Origin: an uncultured Bdellovibrionales bacterium
GTDB taxonomy: Bacteria > Bdellovibrionota > Bdellovibrionia > Bdellovibrionales > JAMPXM01
Assembly: GCA_964543475.1 (NCBI GenBank)
Contig: CAZIYJ010000012.1
Span: forward strand, 25,951 to 89,950
Direction: 5' to 3'
DNA: 64,000 nt
The first letter of the stretch is position 1; the number at the start of each line of letters is the position of its first letter. Below, piece after piece: positions 48,081-57,379 of this stretch. Under the pieces are notes generated by a model. It was not told where the DNA came from and searched no databases. It saw nothing but the letters and a program-made list of their open reading frames with translations. The position numbers were made by a program, and so were the translations under genes.

Positions 48081-49004
48081 ATGAAAAAACTCGCTCAAAC
48101 ATTTTCATGTTTTCTGACAATTCTATTGTCGCTCGGCTCCTTCGCTCAAGAAGTCGCGCCTACTCCAATTGTCAAACCCACTCAAGATTTAAAGAAGATT
48201 TGTGAAACTCGCCTTTCGAAAGTTCCGGGCGCATCGCAGTTAAAGCAAATTGAAAGCGTGTGTTCTGAAGTCGCACAAATGGCATCTTGCACTAGCGTTA
48301 AGGGTGAGCCAATTTTTCATTGGCAAAAAGAAGGTGATCCAAAGGAGCAAAGTTCTCAGAGAATTTTAGTGCTCTCATTAATTCACGGTGATGAACCCGA
48401 AAGCGCGTCCGTTTCTGCTGCCTGGATGGAGCGCCTGATGTCAATTCAGCCGCGCAACACTTGGCGCGTAATTCCGGTGATGAATCCGGATAGCTGGGAT
48501 TTAAAAACTCGCACTAATGCAAATGGCGTTGATGTGAATCGTAATTTCCCAAGCAAAGATTGGGATGAACTTGCGATTAAGTTTTGGAAAGAAAAGCACG
48601 GATCTAATCATCGTCGAAATCCTGGCACTGTTGCTGGAGGAGAGCCCGAAACAAAGTGCGCAGTTCAGCACATCGATGACTTTAAGCCCGATTTCATTAT
48701 TTCGATCCACACTCCGCTGGGAGTGTTAGATTTTGATGGTCCAAAAGTTCCGGCACCAAAATTCGGTCCACTTCCGTGGGTTGCTCTCGGAAATTATCCG
48801 GGAAGCTTGGGTCGCTACATGTGGAAAGACCAGAACGTCCCCGTCCTCACGGTAGAATTGAAGAATGACAAAAGTACAACTAAAAGCTTAGAGCAGTTCG
48901 ATAAGCTTCAAGACATCACTGGCACCGTTGCTATTCAGTCAGAAAAGCTTTTGAAAAAAGAAAAGCCAAAAGCCAGCATCCCTCCTTCAACAAAGACTAA
49001 TTAG
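48081..49004 (+). CDS. M14-family zinc carboxypeptidase/amidase (MpaA-like murein peptide amidase)
   Basis: Signal peptide present. SLIHGDEPES (HxxE zinc ligands), NANGVDVNRNFP and IISIHTP (third ligand region). Confidence 0.75.
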   Translation: MKKLAQTFSCFLTILLSLGSFAQEVAPTPIVKPTQDLKKICETRLSKVPGASQLKQIESVCSEVAQMASCTSVKGEPIFHWQKEGDPKEQSSQRILVLSLIHGDEPESASVSAAWMERLMSIQPRNTWRVIPVMNPDSWDLKTRTNANGVDVNRNFPSKDWDELAIKFWKEKHGSNHRRNPGTVAGGEPETKCAVQHIDDFKPDFIISIHTPLGVLDFDGPKVPAPKFGPLPWVALGNYPGSLGRYMWKDQNVPVLTVELKNDKSTTKSLEQFDKLQDITGTVAIQSEKLLKKEKPKASIPPSTKTN

Positions 49005-49086
49005 AAGCTACTACTAAGTGCTTGGTGCGCACCGGTTTGGTGCAAAATGTATTGCAGGCTGAGTACGGCGCAGTTAAACCTTATGC

Positions 49087-49845
49087 ATGCAAGAGTTCAA
49101 AAGCGTTCTCCAAAATGAATTACTAAGACGATGCAAAAAGAATCCGGGCTACTCACTTAGAGCATTTGCCCGGTCTCTTGAAACAAGCCACACGACTCTC
49201 TCTCGAGTGATTGCGGGAGAAAGAATACTATCAGAGAAAAAAGTAAAGGAGCTCGTCGCTAAGATGGGTTTTGCTGAGGGTGAGATTGAACTCAAGCAAA
49301 AGTCGTCACTAAAGACTCTTTCAAAATCAGCGAAATATAAAATTCTCACTGATAGAGAAGCGAGCGAGATCTCTGATTGGTATCACTACACCATTCTTGA
49401 GCTATCTGACCTTAAGCAGTTTTCTAGTGACCCCAGCTGGATCGCAAAGACAATCGGGATCACCGTATCCGAAGCCAAAATCGCAGTTCAAAAGTTAGAA
49501 AGTTTTGGGCTACTCAAACGCAATAAAAATGGCCAGCTAGTCAAATCAGGTAGCAACACAAACATTAGCGGCACGCTAGACGCAAAAGCAAAGAGATCGC
49601 TTCAAAGAGAAGTGCTTGAGAAAGCAATTCGCGCTCTAGATGAGGTTCCGATCTCAAAGCGCAACCAAACTTCGCTCACTATATCGGTCGACTCGTCCAA
49701 GGTTCATGAGGTCGCAGAACTTATCACTCAGTTTCGCCGCTCACTTGCGGCACTACTTTCTGATCCAACTGCAGATAAAGATTCCGTCTATAACTTTAGT
49801 TTCTCATTCTATCCGGTAGCTTTTTTAAAAGGAGATGGCCAATGA
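49087..49845 (+). CDS. TIGR02147/DUF4423-like protein (HTH-containing)
   Basis: N-terminus LLRRCKKNPGYSLRAFARSLETSHTTLSRVIAGERILSEKK matches the family pattern as I remember it (np.fSyR.fa...vi.GkR.Ls). Confidence 0.5.
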   Translation: MQEFKSVLQNELLRRCKKNPGYSLRAFARSLETSHTTLSRVIAGERILSEKKVKELVAKMGFAEGEIELKQKSSLKTLSKSAKYKILTDREASEISDWYHYTILELSDLKQFSSDPSWIAKTIGITVSEAKIAVQKLESFGLLKRNKNGQLVKSGSNTNISGTLDAKAKRSLQREVLEKAIRALDEVPISKRNQTSLTISVDSSKVHEVAELITQFRRSLAALLSDPTADKDSVYNFSFSFYPVAFLKGDGQ

Positions 49846-50897
49846 TTCGCTATTTAATGTTGTTACTCGTGTGCGTAGCGGTACAGACTCCGACCTTATT
49901 AAAAGCAAGCGGAGGGCAAGAAGGCGGCGGTGGCAAAGGAGTCTTCTGTGAATCACACGGTGAAAGAACCGTTGAATCTCTCGATCTATGGGAGGCAAAA
50001 AATGTTTGGGGCTACAAAATCCCCGCCTCAAAAGACATTCAGTCAGAGATTAAACGAGTTATGCCTGTTTGGTACAGCTCGCTTCACGAAAAACCGACTG
50101 ATGCTCCATTTCAGTATCGCCAAAAAGACATAGCAATGTGGAACAGTTGGTATCACGATGACTTCCTTAGCCGACTCAACCGGATCCCGTCGGGGACACG
50201 ACTCAATCCCACCAATGACACTACTTTAATTTTACAGCCGCCACCGAACTGCAAAGTCGTCCAAGTTCTGGTCTATATCGATGAAGGTGCAGATTCTGGT
50301 CGAATCCTCGCTGATGGAGAATTCTGGGACCTCCTAGATGACGAGAACAAATATGCCTATTACTTTCACGAAACCATTTATAAAAGATTTCGCGATTCCT
50401 ATGAAAATTATCAGTCGAGCGACATCGTTAGAAAATATGTCGGCGCTCTCTTTTCCACGGATGCTTTTCCCTCAAAGAGTGCAAAAGTTCGTCAATTTGA
50501 TAAAGCGCTCGAATGTGAAACCACTGGCTCGGCCAATGGGAACGAAGCTCTTTTTTATGTGACGGAAATCAAAGATCAACAGCAACAGTTTCCAGTGCCA
50601 AAATCAAATGTGTACTTTTGGTGGCTCGGTGACTTCGGTAAATTTGCTGCGCCTGTCGAATACTCTGGAACAACTCAGATTTCTTACGAAACATTAGCTG
50701 GCGTTGATACTGGCGGAATCACTGCCGATCACATTCAGATCAACTCCATTTTTAACGGCTTCAAGGTTACGATCACATCTGATTTTCACCTCGAGCAGCG
50801 AAACTCTGATGGGTCATTATTAAGACAACCCTTCACCTGTAAACCGATCACTCCAATACACAGTCGCAACCGCTCTATGAGGATTTCAAACAATTGA
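49842..50897 (+). CDS. Hypothetical secreted protein
   Basis: ATGA overlap with the upstream gene. Signal peptide MIRYLMLLLVCVAVQTPTLLKA. No family recognised. Confidence 0.45.
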   Translation: MIRYLMLLLVCVAVQTPTLLKASGGQEGGGGKGVFCESHGERTVESLDLWEAKNVWGYKIPASKDIQSEIKRVMPVWYSSLHEKPTDAPFQYRQKDIAMWNSWYHDDFLSRLNRIPSGTRLNPTNDTTLILQPPPNCKVVQVLVYIDEGADSGRILADGEFWDLLDDENKYAYYFHETIYKRFRDSYENYQSSDIVRKYVGALFSTDAFPSKSAKVRQFDKALECETTGSANGNEALFYVTEIKDQQQQFPVPKSNVYFWWLGDFGKFAAPVEYSGTTQISYETLAGVDTGGITADHIQINSIFNGFKVTITSDFHLEQRNSDGSLLRQPFTCKPITPIHSRNRSMRISNN

Positions 50898-50958
50898 GTC
50901 GTTGCAGATAAGAAACACTTTTCAAAAAATTCTGCTTACACATGCGACAAAAGAGGCG

Positions 50959-50967
50959 TTATCCACA
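50959..50967 (+). promoter_or_regulatory. Perfect DnaA box (TTATCCACA) upstream of nrdA
   Basis: Exact 9-mer consensus. A relaxed box TTAATCACA lies at 51099-51107 in the same orientation. Confidence 0.35.
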
Positions 50968-51702
50968 ACAGATATGCTCGATTTCTGACCGCGATTAAGG
51001 TCTAGTCTGTCGCACTCTTGAGCAGTGAAAGCAAAAGTGGTCTCGAATTTTTTTTTAAAATCACGTGAACCGAAAATTTATGCACGGCCGTCAAACCGTT
51101 AATCACAAAGGATTCCGCGAGTTAACGGGAGCAAACTTAAAGCTTGGTAAGGCATAAAAATAAATCAGTCGAGATTCTTAAATCAGGTTTGACAGAAATT
51201 TTATCGCCGTACTACGGTCAAGAGGTTGAGTGAATTGGCTTTTGGTTGAGGGACTAGAAGCCGGGCTGTACACGATACAAGCGCAAGGATTTGCGCGAGG
51301 GACAAGCGAGCTACTCGCAAGTTCAGAGCACGGAAGCAAAGCAGTGTCTGGTTAGTAAGCGTGAGGGGAAATGCTTACAAGTCAGGCGCCGTATCAAAAA
51401 TGTGTTCGGACCAGCCTACCCGTCACTTATATAAATGAAAAAATATACTCCTATTGCGCGAGCTTTTAAGCACCGGATTAATTTTTGGGCTTGATGGCTT
51501 TCGCACGCTGCTCTTTTGAGCGCCTAACTGTTCGTCGCACATTGCGATGACGGTTGAAAGATAGATTGCAACGCCTTAGCGTCTGCAACCCGTCGATGGC
51601 AATCGAGAGAACGGCAACTAGGTACATACGAAGACTTTTACAACTTTGAACGCAACTTTGAGAAATCTCACGAAGAGATTTCACGCTTACTGAGGAGAAC
51701 AT

Positions 51703-54159
51703 ATGGAGATGACCGGATTCACACCTGCAACTACGGGTCTATCAAACAACGGAACAACTGGAGCAATTCAGGCGCCACCACTGATGCGAGTTCGCAAACG
51801 TGACGGCACTCTTGAACCAGTTAACGTAAATAAAATTGTCGAGCGTGTAACCCGTCTCTCTATTGGTCTTACCGAAGTTGATTCTACTCGCGTTGCAATT
51901 CGAGCGATTAGCGGCCTCTACGACGGCGCTTCAACAAAAGAGTTAGATAACCTTTGCATCCAGACAGCATCTCTATTGATCGGAGAAGAGCCACAGTATT
52001 CTCTTCTTGCTGCGCGCCTTCTTGCGACTTACATCGACGAAGAAGTTCATACACTCGAGATCAACACTTTTGCCGAATCGATTGCGTACGGAGCTGAATT
52101 CGGACTTCTCAATAAAGACATCGTTAAATTTGCTACTCAGCATGCAGCTCAGTTGCAAGCTGCGATCAAGCCAGAGCGAAGCCAAAACTTCGAATACTTC
52201 GGTCTTCGAACGGTTTACGATCGCTACCTTTTAAAAGATCCAAAGAGCCGCCGTGTATTTGAAACTTCTCAATACTTCTTTATGCGTGTTGCCTGTGGTC
52301 TTGCACAATCAGTTGATGAAGCGATTTCACTTTATGAATTGATGTCGAAGCTTGATTACATGCCAAGCACTCCGACGCTCTTCAATTCTGGAACTCTTCG
52401 CCAACAAATGTCTTCTTGCTACCTTCTTGATTCGCCAGAAGATGACTTGTCGTCAATTTACAAAAAATATACGGATATCGCGCTACTTTCTAAGTTTGCT
52501 GGCGGTATCGGTGTGGCTTACCACCGTGTGAGAGCGCGTGGTTCACTCATCAAAGGAACAAACGGTCACTCAAACGGAATCATTCCTTGGCTTAAAACTC
52601 TCGACTCTTCAGTTGCAGCAGTGAACCAGGGCGGAAAACGTAAAGGTGCTTGCTGTGTTTACCTTGAGAGCTGGCATGCAGACATCGAAGAGTTCCTAGA
52701 ACTTCGCGATAATACTGGCGACGAGGCAAAACGCGCTCACAACATCAATATCGCAAACTGGGTTCCAGATCTTTTCATGAAGCGTGTAAAAGAAGATGCG
52801 ATGTGGTCGCTCTTTGATCCAAAAACAAATCCTGAACTCGTTGACCTCTATGGCCCAGAGTTCGAAAAAGCGTACACTGAAGCTGAAGCAAACGGAATGT
52901 TTGCAGCACAAGTGAAGGCTCGAGATCTTTACGCTCGCATGATGAAGACCCTTGCCCAAACTGGTAACGGGTGGATGACGTTTAAAGACGCTTCTAATTT
53001 AAAATGTAATCAAACAGCTGCTCCAGGAAATGTCGTTCACTTATCAAATCTCTGCACTGAGATTTTAGAAGTGACTTCGAACCAAGAGACTGCGGTTTGT
53101 AACCTTGGTTCGGTGAATTTGTCTCATCACATTGTTGATGGTCAGTTCGACTTTGCTAAGCTTGCTACGACAGTAAAAACTGCTGTGAAGTTCTTAGATC
53201 GCGTGATCGACATTAACTTCTACCCGATCGATTCGGCTGGCAGCTCTAATAACCGCTGGCGCCCAGTTGGTCTTGGAGTTATGGGTCTTCAAGATGCGCT
53301 GTTCAAGCTTCGCCTTGCATACGACTCTAAAGAAGCTTGTGATCTCTCGACAAAGATCCAAGAAGAGATTTACTACAATGCGATGCTCACTTCGATCGAA
53401 CTTGCCGAAGCAGCTGGTCCGCACCCGAGCTTTAAAGAAACTCGCGCGGCTCAAGGTCACTTCCAATTTGATCTTTGGAATATCAAACCTGTAGACACTG
53501 CTCGCTGGGAAGCATTGCGCACTCGCATGATGAAATCAGGCGCTCGCAATTCACTTCTGATCGCTATCGCTCCAACAGCGACAATTGCGTCGATTGTTGG
53601 CTCTTACGAGTCAATCGAGCCGATGGTTTCTAACTTGTTTAAACGCGAAACATTGTCTGGCGAGTTCCTTCAAGTAAACCGCTACCTCTGCCAAGAGCTT
53701 AAAAAAGTTGGCCTCTGGAACGAAACAGTTCGTAACGATATCAAACGTCACGAAGGTTCAATCCAAAGCATCAATGCAATTCCTGCTGAGATCAGAAATA
53801 TTTATCGCACCGCTTGGGAATTACCAATGCGTGCATTGATTGATATGGCTGCTGCTCGTGGCGCTTACATCGATCAGAGCCAGTCGTTGAACTTGTTTAT
53901 CGAAAGCCCAACCATCGGAAAACTTTCTTCGATGTACATGTACGCATGGGAAAAAGGTCTTAAAACCACTTATTACATGCGTTCTCGACCGGCGACTTCG
54001 ATTTCAAAAACGACTTTAGATACTGAGACACCGACTTCAACTGTAGCTACTACTCCAGACGTAGTTTCAGCAGCTCCGGTTACGTCTTCGGCGTTCTCAG
54101 ACTCTGAAGCAATTGCTTGCTCTCTAGAAAACCCAGAAGCTTGCGAAGCTTGCACATAA
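51703..54159 (+). CDS. nrdA: Ribonucleoside-diphosphate reductase alpha subunit (class I)
   Basis: GAGGAG RBS. ATP-cone RVRKRDGTLEPVNVNKIVERV. Active-site LSNLCTEI. C-terminal redox Cys pair CEAC. 818 aa. Confidence 0.95.
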   Translation: MEMTGFTPATTGLSNNGTTGAIQAPPLMRVRKRDGTLEPVNVNKIVERVTRLSIGLTEVDSTRVAIRAISGLYDGASTKELDNLCIQTASLLIGEEPQYSLLAARLLATYIDEEVHTLEINTFAESIAYGAEFGLLNKDIVKFATQHAAQLQAAIKPERSQNFEYFGLRTVYDRYLLKDPKSRRVFETSQYFFMRVACGLAQSVDEAISLYELMSKLDYMPSTPTLFNSGTLRQQMSSCYLLDSPEDDLSSIYKKYTDIALLSKFAGGIGVAYHRVRARGSLIKGTNGHSNGIIPWLKTLDSSVAAVNQGGKRKGACCVYLESWHADIEEFLELRDNTGDEAKRAHNINIANWVPDLFMKRVKEDAMWSLFDPKTNPELVDLYGPEFEKAYTEAEANGMFAAQVKARDLYARMMKTLAQTGNGWMTFKDASNLKCNQTAAPGNVVHLSNLCTEILEVTSNQETAVCNLGSVNLSHHIVDGQFDFAKLATTVKTAVKFLDRVIDINFYPIDSAGSSNNRWRPVGLGVMGLQDALFKLRLAYDSKEACDLSTKIQEEIYYNAMLTSIELAEAAGPHPSFKETRAAQGHFQFDLWNIKPVDTARWEALRTRMMKSGARNSLLIAIAPTATIASIVGSYESIEPMVSNLFKRETLSGEFLQVNRYLCQELKKVGLWNETVRNDIKRHEGSIQSINAIPAEIRNIYRTAWELPMRALIDMAAARGAYIDQSQSLNLFIESPTIGKLSSMYMYAWEKGLKTTYYMRSRPATSISKTTLDTETPTSTVATTPDVVSAAPVTSSAFSDSEAIACSLENPEACEACT

Positions 54160-54252
54160 GTTTCGTAAGTAGATTTGCAGCTTTGATTACATAATTTACG
54201 CCCACTGAGCCTGCCATAGGCCGCCTCGGTGGATACATCAGGAGAACTGAAA

Positions 54253-55251
54253 ATGATTTTAAGCCCAGGCTTCAACCTCACATTACGCCCAATGAAGTAC
54301 CCAGAATTTTACGAGATGTATAAGAATGGGATTAAGAACACATGGACGGTCGATGAAGTTGATTTCTCTAAGGACACAACTGACCTTCGCACTCGCCTGA
54401 CTCCCGCTGAACAGCACTTAATCAGCCGACTTGTGGCCTTCTTCGCTACTGGCGACTCGATTGTTGGGAATAACCTAGTTCTTAACCTCTACAAACACAT
54501 CAATGCTCCCGAAGCTCGCTTGTATCTTTCACGTCAGCTTTACGAAGAGGCGCTGCACGTTCAGTTTTACTTAACACTTCTTGATACTTATATTCCTAAT
54601 CCAGAAGATCGCGCGAAAGCGTTCGATGCGGTTGAGAATATTCCCGCGATCAAGCGCAAAGCTGAGTTCTGCTTCAAGTGGATGGATTCAATCAACGAGA
54701 TCGACACACTCGAAACAATTCAAGATCGCCGACGTTTCTTGATGAACCTCATTTGCTTCGCTACGTGCGTAGAAGGCTTGTTCTTCTACGGAGCATTTGC
54801 TTACGTTTACTTCCTTCGGTCAAAAGGTCTTCTTGATGGCCTTGCAAGCGGAACTAACTGGGTCTTCCGCGATGAATCAGCTCACATGAACTTTGCATTC
54901 AAAGTTATCGAAACAGCCCGCTCTGAAGAGCCAGAGCTCTTTAATCAAGGCATGCAAGACATGGTTGTAGCGATGCTCGAAGAAGCAGTTGAATGCGAAA
55001 TGGCGTTCGCTCAAGACGTGTTAGGACTAGGTATTGCGGGCTTGTCGGAAAAAGATATGCGCCAATACCTTGAGTATTGTGCCGATCAACGCTTGCGCGC
55101 ACTCAGCATTCCAACGCGCTTTAATGTGAAAAACCCGTTTGGCTTCATGGAACTTCAAGACGTACAAGAACTTACAAACTTCTTCGAACGTCGAGTATCA
55201 GCTTATCAAGTTGGTGTTTCAGGAGCGGTTAGCTTCGACGAAACATTCTAA
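54253..55251 (+). CDS. nrdB: Ribonucleoside-diphosphate reductase beta subunit
   Basis: AGGAGA lies 8 nt before ATG 54253. Metal ligands EEALH and FRDESAH. Tyr occupies the radical position (EALHVQFY). 332 aa. Confidence 0.9.
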   Translation: MILSPGFNLTLRPMKYPEFYEMYKNGIKNTWTVDEVDFSKDTTDLRTRLTPAEQHLISRLVAFFATGDSIVGNNLVLNLYKHINAPEARLYLSRQLYEEALHVQFYLTLLDTYIPNPEDRAKAFDAVENIPAIKRKAEFCFKWMDSINEIDTLETIQDRRRFLMNLICFATCVEGLFFYGAFAYVYFLRSKGLLDGLASGTNWVFRDESAHMNFAFKVIETARSEEPELFNQGMQDMVVAMLEEAVECEMAFAQDVLGLGIAGLSEKDMRQYLEYCADQRLRALSIPTRFNVKNPFGFMELQDVQELTNFFERRVSAYQVGVSGAVSFDETF

Positions 55252-56171
55252 TGTTAAAATTTTTAAATCTAACAGCTTCTTTTGCGATCGCCTCTTTGGC
55301 GATCGCTTCGCTAGCGACCGCTTCAGTTGACGTCAATCGCCCGCCTAAGAACTACATGTACAATTGGTCTGGATGCGATGCCTGCGCACAGCCCGAGAGC
55401 ACTTACTACGATCCAGAATCGAAGATGCTCTTCATTTCGAATATCAATGGAGCGCCAGTCCAAAAGGATGGCAAAGGCTCAATTCAAATGCTTCAGTCCA
55501 ACGGCAAAATGGTGCATTCGAAATGGGTGACTGGATTAAACGCACCAAAAGGTTTACGAGCTCATAAAGGTGTTCTTTGGGTCGCCGACATTGATCAGAT
55601 ACTTTCAATTGATATCAAGACATCTAAAATCACACGACGGCTTAAAGTTCCTGGAGCAAAATTTTTAAATGATGTAGCCATCGACTCAATCGGCACAGTC
55701 TACGTTTCAGATATGCTTGACGATAAAATCTATCAAGTCGTTAACAGCACTGTCGGAACGTTCGCTGAAGGTCCGCAGCTCGAAGCACCGAACGGATTGC
55801 TGGTGCAAGATCAAAAGCTCATTGTAGCAAGCTGGGGAAAACCCGAGGCGAATTTCACTACGAAAATTCCGGGCCGGCTGATGAAGATTGATCTCAAGAC
55901 AAAAGCTATTGAGTACATCACGCAGCGACCTCTCGGAAATCTCGATGGTCTTGAGATCGATGGAAAAGGTAATTATTTAGTTTCAGACTGGATGGCCGGC
56001 AAAGTGTTTTCGGTTACACCATCCGGAAAAGTGCAGGAGCTATTTAAGGGGATGAAGGGCGCAGCCGACATTGGCTTTATTCTCGAAACTCAAACGATCA
56101 TCATTCCGCGAATGAATGAAAACAAAATCACCGCGTTCGATATGTCAAAGTACCCAGGCTACAAAAATTAA
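55251..56171 (+). CDS. Secreted beta-propeller protein (SMP-30/gluconolactonase/LRE-like, tentative)
   Basis: TAATG overlap with the nrdB stop. Signal peptide present. Repeated blade-like segments: LWVADI, VYVSDM, LIVASW, YLVSDW. Confidence 0.4.
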   Translation: MLKFLNLTASFAIASLAIASLATASVDVNRPPKNYMYNWSGCDACAQPESTYYDPESKMLFISNINGAPVQKDGKGSIQMLQSNGKMVHSKWVTGLNAPKGLRAHKGVLWVADIDQILSIDIKTSKITRRLKVPGAKFLNDVAIDSIGTVYVSDMLDDKIYQVVNSTVGTFAEGPQLEAPNGLLVQDQKLIVASWGKPEANFTTKIPGRLMKIDLKTKAIEYITQRPLGNLDGLEIDGKGNYLVSDWMAGKVFSVTPSGKVQELFKGMKGAADIGFILETQTIIIPRMNENKITAFDMSKYPGYKN

Positions 56172-56626
56172 TTAGCTTTGGGTGATTTTTTTCGGATGTA
56201 GAGGACTTTGTCGACAGCTGCTACGTGGATTCCTTCAGTGTCATAAATGTTTACTGTGAGCTGGTGATCAATTTTTCCTTCTCGATCAACTAAACTTTTA
56301 ATCTCAGTGATCTGCTCTTCGGTAAGTTTGAATTCTGCGGTCAGCTTCGTTCTTCCTGGCTTGAGATACCGAATCGAAGCACTTTTATCCCAGACGATAT
56401 AGCTTGGACCGAGGTTCACAATTAACATGACCATGTAGAACGGATCAGTCATTGAGAACATTGATCCACCAAACTGAGTTCCAACATAATTATTGGTCCA
56501 AAATCTGCGCTTAAGCTCAACGCGCAGATACCTAAAATTGGGCTGAACTTCAGCGATTCGGATGCCCGCTCCAAGAAATGGGGGCCAAAAGTTCCAGAAC
56601 TTGAGTATAAACTGTTTTGGAAACAC
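56168..56626 (-). CDS. DUF4442 (hotdog-fold thioesterase-like) protein
   Basis: FWNFWPPFLGAGIRI and GTQFGGSMFSMTDPFYMVML match the DUF4442 pattern. Confidence 0.55.
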   Translation of the reverse strand: MFPKQFILKFWNFWPPFLGAGIRIAEVQPNFRYLRVELKRRFWTNNYVGTQFGGSMFSMTDPFYMVMLIVNLGPSYIVWDKSASIRYLKPGRTKLTAEFKLTEEQITEIKSLVDREGKIDHQLTVNIYDTEGIHVAAVDKVLYIRKKSPKAN

Positions 56627-56656
56627 GGTCTTTGCCTCCTATAATGACTGCATTGT

Positions 56657-57370
56657 ATGAGCTATTTAGATTCTTTAAAGCAAAAAATTGATCTCAGACT
56701 CACGCTCCCCGTGAGTTACTATTTTAAGGAAGCACAGCGACCTACAAACAAAACTGTCCTTTTGCTCCATGGTTACCAAGACTCAGCAGTCGCTCTCCTT
56801 AAAAGAGCTTTCGGTGACGACAAACATCTACAGGAACAACACTACGACTTTAATATCCTTGCGCCAAACGGCGTCTATCCTGTGCCAGTGAAGACTGATG
56901 ATGGATTTCGTGAGGCCTATGCTTGGTATTTCGTCGACTCATCACGAAACCTCGCTCTTGTTTCACCTGAAGTCGCGGCTCGAAGCCTTGTTGGATTAAT
57001 CAAGAGCTTGAGCCTAGAGTCCAATACGTTCCACATCGTTGGTTTTTCACAAGGCGGAGTACTTTCACCATTTATTGCTCGCGAACTCAGTAACGTTTCG
57101 GGGATTATTGGAGTTGGTACCGCTTTCCTCCCTGACCTTTATGATGGACTAAGAAGCACTCTCCCGGTCGACGCCATTCACGGAGCAAATGACGACATTA
57201 TCACGCTCGCAACGAGTTTTAAGGGCTACCAAGAGCTCAAACAAGTGCAGCCGAGGCCAGGTGACTTCTACGAGTTTAAGGGCCTCAAACATTCTCTCGA
57301 TGACGCCGCTAGAGCAAAGCTCAAAGACCTCATTGAGCTCAGATTGACCTCGGGGCTCCTTTCAAAATAA
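56657..57370 (+). CDS. Alpha/beta hydrolase (phospholipase/carboxylesterase type)
   Basis: LLLHGYQD, nucleophile elbow GFSQGG, a late HGANDD, and the His region GLKHSL. Confidence 0.65.
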   Translation: MSYLDSLKQKIDLRLTLPVSYYFKEAQRPTNKTVLLLHGYQDSAVALLKRAFGDDKHLQEQHYDFNILAPNGVYPVPVKTDDGFREAYAWYFVDSSRNLALVSPEVAARSLVGLIKSLSLESNTFHIVGFSQGGVLSPFIARELSNVSGIIGVGTAFLPDLYDGLRSTLPVDAIHGANDDIITLATSFKGYQELKQVQPRPGDFYEFKGLKHSLDDAARAKLKDLIELRLTSGLLSK

Positions 57371-57379
57371 GAGTTAGAT

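Noticed and set aside
47591-48205. 204-aa + strand ORF spanning the gap between the DUF4123-like gene and the M14 gene.
   Set aside because: Its first half is antisense to the well-supported 46953-47888 CDS, and its end overlaps the M14 signal peptide in another frame. It has a low-complexity Ser/Leu/Arg composition and no RBS.
51226-51420. Possible cobalamin (B12) riboswitch in the nrdA leader, since B12 riboswitches precede class Ia RNR genes in some actinobacteria. GAGGGA and AGTCAGGCGCC looked superficially like the GGGAA and B12-box elements.
   Set aside because: The conserved core is absent (GGUG..AA..CC, GCCACUG, and the B12 box AGYCMGG.GACCKGCC). No purine/2'-dG, SAM, TPP, c-di-GMP or ZTP consensus fits either. 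I kept it only as an unclassified structured leader.
51390-51438. NrdR boxes. TCACTTATATAAATGA (51423-51438) is a near-palindrome resembling the NrdR box, and a half-site-like AAATGTGT ends at 51405.
   Set aside because: Only one reasonable box is present. The partner at the expected 31-32 bp spacing has a poor left half, and the centre-to-centre distance is about 33. No nrdR gene is in the window. This is too weak to call.
51478-51702. 74-aa minus-strand ORF immediately upstream of nrdA.
   Set aside because: It abuts the nrdA start on the opposite strand (its first base, 51702, is adjacent to the nrdA ATG at 51703), so the nrdA RBS lies within it. It has no RBS of its own and has an Arg/Ser/Cys-rich composition typical of non-coding frames.
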